Source: an uncultured Verrucomicrobiae bacterium
GTDB taxonomy: Bacteria; Chlamydiota; Chlamydiia; Chlamydiales; Rhabdochlamydiaceae
Direction of reading: 5' to 3'
NCBI GenBank assembly: GCA_963806855.1
Contig: CAWDYW010000003.1
Coordinates: 256,001-320,000 of the forward strand
Length of the DNA stretch: 64,000 bases
The stretch's first letter is position 1. Each line of letters opens with the position of its first letter. Of this stretch, positions 59,017 to 64,000 are shown one piece after another. A program made the position numbers and the translations under genes. The notes beneath the pieces were generated by a model, which saw nothing but the letters and a program-made list of their open reading frames with translations, had not been told where the DNA came from and ran no database searches.

Positions 59017-60393
59017 TCAGAAGTCGGCGTGACCGGGGTAGCGGGGGAAGGGGATCACATCGCGGATGTTCTCCATCCCTGTCGCAAATAGGATGAGCCG
59101 TTCAAATCCAACGCCGAAGCCGGCATGGGGAACGCTTCCATATTTGCGCAGCTGCATGTACCACCAGTAGTCGTCGGGATTGAGGCCGAAGCTGATGATC
59201 TTTTTCTCGAGCCGATCATACCGTTCTTCACGTTGGCTGCCGCCGATCAGTTCGCCGATTTTGGGCACGAGCAGATCCATTGCAGCGACGGTACGACCAT
59301 CGTCGTTGGCGCGCATGTAAAAGGCTTTGATCGTTTCGGGGTAGTTAATGAGAAAGACGGGCCGTTTGCAGTGTTCTTCAGCCAGGTACCGCTCGTGTTC
59401 TGACTGGAGATCGATGCCCCAGCGGACGGGAAACTCGAAGGTTTTGCCACAGCTTTGGAGAATGTCGATCGCTTCGGTGTAGGTGAGGCGGGCGAATTCA
59501 TTCTCGAGGGCGTTGCGCAGGCGGGCGATCAATCCTTTTTCGACAAACTGATCGAAAAATTCCATGTCTTCATGGCACTTGTCAAAGCAGGCTTTGATCA
59601 TCGCTTTGACATAGGCTTCCGCGACATCCATGTTCCCCTGCAGATCGCAGAAGGCCATTTCTGGTTCCATCATCCAAAACTCGGCTAAGTGGCGCGTCGT
59701 ATTGGAGTTCTCCGCGCGGAAGGTGGGGCCAAAGGTGTAGACGTCAGTGAGGGCGCAGGCCATCGTTTCGGCGTTGAGCTGCCCGGAGACGGTTAGGTGA
59801 GCCGGTTTTCCGAAGAAGTCCTGTGAGAAATCGATGGTTCCATCGGAGTGGCGTGGAGGTTTGCTGAAATCGAGTGTCGTGACGAGGAATTGCTCGCCGG
59901 CCCCTTCGGTATCGGCGGTGGTGATGATGGGGGTTTGGATGTAGACGAAGTCACGCTCTTGGAAAAATTGGTGAGTCGCAAAGGCTAGGGCATTGCGGAC
60001 CCGGTTGACGGCCCCTTGCGTGTTGGTGCGGGGACGGAGGTGAGCGATGGTGCGGAGGAATTCAAAGGAGTGCCGCTTTTTCTGGAGGGGATAGTCTTCA
60101 GCTGGGGAGTCGCCGAAGATCTCGATCGAGTCTGCTTTTAGCTCGAAGTTTTGCTTCTGCCCTGGGCTTTCGACGAGGGTGCCGGTGATGGCGACGGAGG
60201 AACCTGTCGTCAGTTTTTCAAATTGAGGGCGCAGACGCTCTTCGGCAATCACCTGGAGGGAGCCCAATTTTGATCCGTCATTGATTTCGATGAAGGCAAA
60301 ATTCTTCTGATCGCGGACCGAACGGACCCAGCCGCAGATTTTAAGAGTTTGTCCGAGAGAGGTTTTGTTGATATTTTTGATTTTCATCTTCAT
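59017..60393 (-). CDS. asnS: Asparaginyl-tRNA synthetase
   Basis: [54 protein letters not shown]. Confidence 0.97.
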   Translation of the reverse strand: MKMKIKNINKTSLGQTLKICGWVRSVRDQKNFAFIEINDGSKLGSLQVIAEERLRPQFEKLTTGSSVAITGTLVESPGQKQNFELKADSIEIFGDSPAEDYPLQKKRHSFEFLRTIAHLRPRTNTQGAVNRVRNALAFATHQFFQERDFVYIQTPIITTADTEGAGEQFLVTTLDFSKPPRHSDGTIDFSQDFFGKPAHLTVSGQLNAETMACALTDVYTFGPTFRAENSNTTRHLAEFWMMEPEMAFCDLQGNMDVAEAYVKAMIKACFDKCHEDMEFFDQFVEKGLIARLRNALENEFARLTYTEAIDILQSCGKTFEFPVRWGIDLQSEHERYLAEEHCKRPVFLINYPETIKAFYMRANDDGRTVAAMDLLVPKIGELIGGSQREERYDRLEKKIISFGLNPDDYWWYMQLRKYGSVPHAGFGVGFERLILFATGMENIRDVIPFPRYPGHADF

Positions 60394-61252
60394 TTGCAAA
60401 TTTCCTAAGTAGTGCTATCTCCGTTGCCCATACTGGAGGCCCATTTGGAGTTTCCAGGTATTTGGGGATTTCCCTTAAAGCGGGATGGCTCATCACAAAT
60501 TTAAAGGCCTCGATGCCGATTTCCCCTTTTCCTAGATCGGCATGTCGATCGACTCGAGAGCTAAAGGGTTTGGCAGAGTCGTTGAGATGGAAGGCGTAGA
60601 GGTGCTTGAGCCCGATGACGGAGTCAAATTCTTCGACAGTTTTTTCAAAGGCCTCTTCGGTGCGGATGTCGTAACCTGCGCTAAAGATGTGGCAGGTGTC
60701 GATGCAGACGCCGATCGGCACTTTTCCTTGAACTGCTGAGATGATGTAGTGGAGATGTTCAAAGCGATGGCCGACCGAACTTCCTTGTCCAGCGGTCGTT
60801 TCGAGGAGAAGGCGAGTCGATCCTTGTGCGCATAATTTTTCGAAGCGGATCAGGCTGGTAATGATCTGATCGAGACACTCCTGCTCTGTGCCAGTAGTAG
60901 CAGCTCCAGGATGGAAATTTAAAAATTCGATTTTAAGTTGATGACACCGTTTGATCTCTTGCTCAAAAGCGATGAGGCTTTTTGAGAGGATCTCTTCTTT
61001 ATTTGAACCGAGGTTGATCAGGTAACTGTCGTGACTCATGATTTTTTTGAGGCCGCACTCGGCGAGCGTCTCCTCCCAGAGAGTGACCATCTCCTCGGTG
61101 AGCTCCCTTCCTTCCCATTGTTTTTGGTTCGAGGTGAAGAGCTGGACAGTCGTTGCGCCGATCTCTTTTCCTTGTAAAAGGGCGTTGTGCGGCCCTCCTG
61201 CGGCAGAGGTGTGCGCTCCGATCAATAATTTTTCCGAGGGTGTCGACATCAT
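60341..61252 (-). CDS. nfo: Endonuclease IV
   Basis: [40 protein letters not shown]. Confidence 0.96.
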   Translation of the reverse strand: MMSTPSEKLLIGAHTSAAGGPHNALLQGKEIGATTVQLFTSNQKQWEGRELTEEMVTLWEETLAECGLKKIMSHDSYLINLGSNKEEILSKSLIAFEQEIKRCHQLKIEFLNFHPGAATTGTEQECLDQIITSLIRFEKLCAQGSTRLLLETTAGQGSSVGHRFEHLHYIISAVQGKVPIGVCIDTCHIFSAGYDIRTEEAFEKTVEEFDSVIGLKHLYAFHLNDSAKPFSSRVDRHADLGKGEIGIEAFKFVMSHPALREIPKYLETPNGPPVWATEIALLRKFANEDENQKYQQNLSRTNS

Positions 61253-61315
61253 TATGCTTCCAAAAAAATCGAAATTATAGAGAATAGATAAGATCTTTTC
61301 AACATACTTGAGGCC

Positions 61316-63178
61316 ATGAAACCCTATTCACTGCATAAATGTAAAAAAATTCTGTTGCACGTCTACCATCTCTGGCGCAAAAAAAGAACTAAACTTGTTC
61401 CTACACAGGCCAGTGAGATCCGTGAAGACTTAAAAGCGCTCCAAGAGGAGATTCAAAAGAAGAATCGGAGCCAAGCCAATTTTCACGCTCACAAGTGCCA
61501 AAACTACCTCGATGGGGCTTTAAAGAGGAGCTCCTTTCAACAGGTGCGCGATGTGGTCGTCGGTCTCGCCGTGGCCCTTGCGATTGCTTTTGTAATCAGG
61601 CAGTGCTGGTTTGAGCTCTATGAGATTCCGACAGGTTCGATGCGCCCGACATTTAAGGAACAGGACAGGCTGCTCGTCTCGAAAACCAATTTTGGAATCA
61701 ATATTCCCTTTACGATCAAGCACCTCTATTTTGATCCCGATTTGGCCGAGCGTTCTGATATCATCGTCTTTTCCACAGAGGATATGGATGTTCACGATTC
61801 CGATACTCTCTATTTTTGGCTCTTCCCTGGGAAAAAGCAGTTTGTCAAACGGCTGATGGGCAGACCAGGGGACACAGTCTATTTTTATGGTGGTAACCTC
61901 TATGGAATCGACAAGGATGGCAATGATATCTCTGCCAGACTGCAATCCCCTGAGTTGAAGAGGATCGACCATGTCCCGATGATCCATTTTGATGGTTCGA
62001 TGAGCTTGGCTGAGCCATTCCATTCTCCGATGGGCAGTGCCTACCGAATGGCGATCGTCCATCAAATGAACGAACCCGTAGCGCGCCTCACGGTCCTTGG
62101 AAATAACCGGCTTGAGGGGGAGATGCTCCCGATGCCCCGCATCCACAATGCCAATACGCCACCCGTGCAAAATTATTACGAACTGTGGGGAATCGGCAAC
62201 TATGCTAGCGCTCGGATTGTACGCAAGGAGCAGATCCGCTCGTTTGCTGAAAAGAACAATATTTCTCTGCAAGACGGGGAGCTGTTTTTAGAGCTGCACC
62301 ACCACCCTAACCTCAAGCAATTGGAGCTTGCTAAAGATCAGGGAGGGAGACTGAGGCCTCAATTCATCATGAGCGTGTCGATTATTCCCTTGAATGAGGC
62401 CCATCTGCAGGAGCTATTTAAAAACCTCTATACCGCCCGCTTTGTGGTCAAAAATGGATATGCGATGCGCTATGGACCTGGAGGTCCGCAGAATTTCGGC
62501 ACCCATTTTCTCCCTCGTCTGGAAGGGGTCCCTGACGGCACTTACGAGTACTATTACGGACAGGCCTACCAGATCAAATGGGGAGGCTATGCGCAGAAAC
62601 TTAAGCCCGACCACCCTCTCCAGATCTATTCTGCTGATCTAATTCGAAAATTTTTCAACTATGGGATCGAATTTGACAAACGGTACGCGATCGGATCCCA
62701 TTTCGAGACAGAACGTTTTGCCTATTTCCGCGATGGGGATCTTTATCTCATGGGAGCTCCAATCTTCAAGAAAGGGGATGCTGCTCTTGAAGCCTTTGTC
62801 ACAAAAGAGAAAGATCGAGGAGCCAGCGCGCTTGTCAAAGATTCCTACATCCCCTTTGTCGACAGCGGCCCTCCCGACATGGAGAAAATCAGACAAGCGG
62901 GTCTACTCATCCCGCCTCAGTCTTATCTGGCCCTTGGCGACAATTTTGCCATGAGCGCAGACAGCCGGGACTTCGGATTTGTGCCGCAAGGAAATCTACG
63001 GGGAAGCCCCTCATTCATCTTCTGGCCTCCCGGATCCCGTTTTGGCCGCCCTGTGCAGCCCTGGTTTCCTTGGTTTACCATTCCGAACGTGGTCATCTGG
63101 ACATTAGCCTTGATTTGCATTGGCCTATGGTTTATCTATCATAAGAGACATCATCATCTTCCTCTCAAGGATTTATGA
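61316..63178 (+). CDS. lepB: Signal peptidase I (long chlamydial type)
   Basis: IPTGSMRPT, FVKRLMG.PGD, LGDN..SADSRDFGFVP. Confidence 0.95.
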   Translation: MKPYSLHKCKKILLHVYHLWRKKRTKLVPTQASEIREDLKALQEEIQKKNRSQANFHAHKCQNYLDGALKRSSFQQVRDVVVGLAVALAIAFVIRQCWFELYEIPTGSMRPTFKEQDRLLVSKTNFGINIPFTIKHLYFDPDLAERSDIIVFSTEDMDVHDSDTLYFWLFPGKKQFVKRLMGRPGDTVYFYGGNLYGIDKDGNDISARLQSPELKRIDHVPMIHFDGSMSLAEPFHSPMGSAYRMAIVHQMNEPVARLTVLGNNRLEGEMLPMPRIHNANTPPVQNYYELWGIGNYASARIVRKEQIRSFAEKNNISLQDGELFLELHHHPNLKQLELAKDQGGRLRPQFIMSVSIIPLNEAHLQELFKNLYTARFVVKNGYAMRYGPGGPQNFGTHFLPRLEGVPDGTYEYYYGQAYQIKWGGYAQKLKPDHPLQIYSADLIRKFFNYGIEFDKRYAIGSHFETERFAYFRDGDLYLMGAPIFKKGDAALEAFVTKEKDRGASALVKDSYIPFVDSGPPDMEKIRQAGLLIPPQSYLALGDNFAMSADSRDFGFVPQGNLRGSPSFIFWPPGSRFGRPVQPWFPWFTIPNVVIWTLALICIGLWFIYHKRHHHLPLKDL

Positions 63179-64000
63179 GTACTGATACTCCTCAAACGAT
63201 CTCGCGCTCGGCTCTGAGATTTTTTTCGGGTACGATGCTGAGCCGAGTGAGTGGACTTTTACGCGACATGGCGATGGCCTTTTGCTTTGGCACTTCGCCC
63301 GCTCTCGCCGCATTTTTGCTTGCCTACCGCTTCGTCTATCTCATCCGCCGCCTCTTTGGTGAGGGGCTGCTCCATCAAGGTTTTATTCCCCATTTTGAGG
63401 CCAAAAGACGGGAAGATCCCCGCAAAGGCGCTCTCTTCTTCCGAGATCTCTTTTTTAGCTTAAGTCTACTCCTAGGCGGTCTGATCGTGGTCGCCGAAAT
63501 CGCCCTCTCCTTTTCGGGCAGCGAAATTGCCAAACTCGCCATGTGGATGCTCCCCGGAATCTTCTTCATTTGTCTCTTTGGCCTCTCGACCGGTCTTCTG
63601 CAATCGGAGCGGAGCTTTTTCCTCCCATCTGTTTCCCCTGTGGCGAGCAACGTCGTCTGGATCCTCGGCGTCCTCGCCTTACGAGCCCTCCCCATTTCTG
63701 AAGCAGTGATCGGCCTTTCCATCGTTCTGTCTTTCGGCTTCTTCGCGCAATGGGCGATGACTCTCCCTAAAATTTGGGCCTATTTGCGCCGCTCACTCTC
63801 CATCAAAGAGCTCTTTTCCATTTCCCCATTTTCCTCTGAGCTCAAAGCGCTGGCCCGCCCCCTCATGCTCGGCATGATCGGCGTCGCCTCCGTCCAGGTC
63901 AACAGCGCTATCGACGGGATTTTTGCCCGCTACGCAGACCTCGAAGGCCCCGCCTATCTCTGGTATGCCATCCGGATCCAACAACTCCCTCTCGCCCTCT
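63175..64000 (+). CDS. murJ: Lipid II flippase MurJ (5' part; runs off the window)
   Basis: Manual translation gives MSTDTPQTISRSALRFFSGTMLSRVSGLLRD..AYRF..RRLFGEG. Confidence 0.93.
   Translation, partial: MSTDTPQTISRSALRFFSGTMLSRVSGLLRDMAMAFCFGTSPALAAFLLAYRFVYLIRRLFGEGLLHQGFIPHFEAKRREDPRKGALFFRDLFFSLSLLLGGLIVVAEIALSFSGSEIAKLAMWMLPGIFFICLFGLSTGLLQSERSFFLPSVSPVASNVVWILGVLALRALPISEAVIGLSIVLSFGFFAQWAMTLPKIWAYLRRSLSIKELFSISPFSSELKALARPLMLGMIGVASVQVNSAIDGIFARYADLEGPAYLWYAIRIQQLPLAL

Noticed and set aside
60341..60393. nfo/asnS overlap as an unusual feature
   Set aside because: A short overlap of co-oriented genes is common in compact genomes.

Overview
Chromosomal window of an environmental chlamydia (Chlamydiota; gene content and order resemble Simkania/Rhabdochlamydia-type lineages, which is an inference). 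1-8.9 kb (minus strand) is the conserved chlamydial T3SS cluster: scc4, cdsD, cdsE, cdsF, cdsG, a CT668-like gene, cdsN, cdsO, two cdsP-like genes, cdsQ and pkn5. It is followed by an AT-rich translocon-like operon (10-13.8 kb) and a large effector-like gene. Housekeeping genes include cdd, clpX/clpP/tig, a SNF2 helicase, mreB, ndk, waaQ, an NTT transporter, kdsA-lptC/A/B, a gspD-like secretin, a divergent CBS-PPase, khpA, rluD, recX, asnS, nfo, lepB, murJ and two tRNAs. These are interspersed with accessory genes: an AAA+ ATPase, an NTase/HTH pair, an AlbA-HATPase-HTH protein, F-box/LRR and ankyrin proteins, and orphan membrane proteins. Intergenic DNA is rich in structure. There are TA-ended MITE-like palindromes, periodic REP-like hairpins, and two palindromes inserted in frame into putative signal peptides. 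There is also a duplicated clpX 3' end and a recurring architecture of paired boxes 32-33 bp apart beside a TAA..TGA-N3-TCA..TTA motif. Several essential genes carry clustered frameshifts that are most likely assembly errors.
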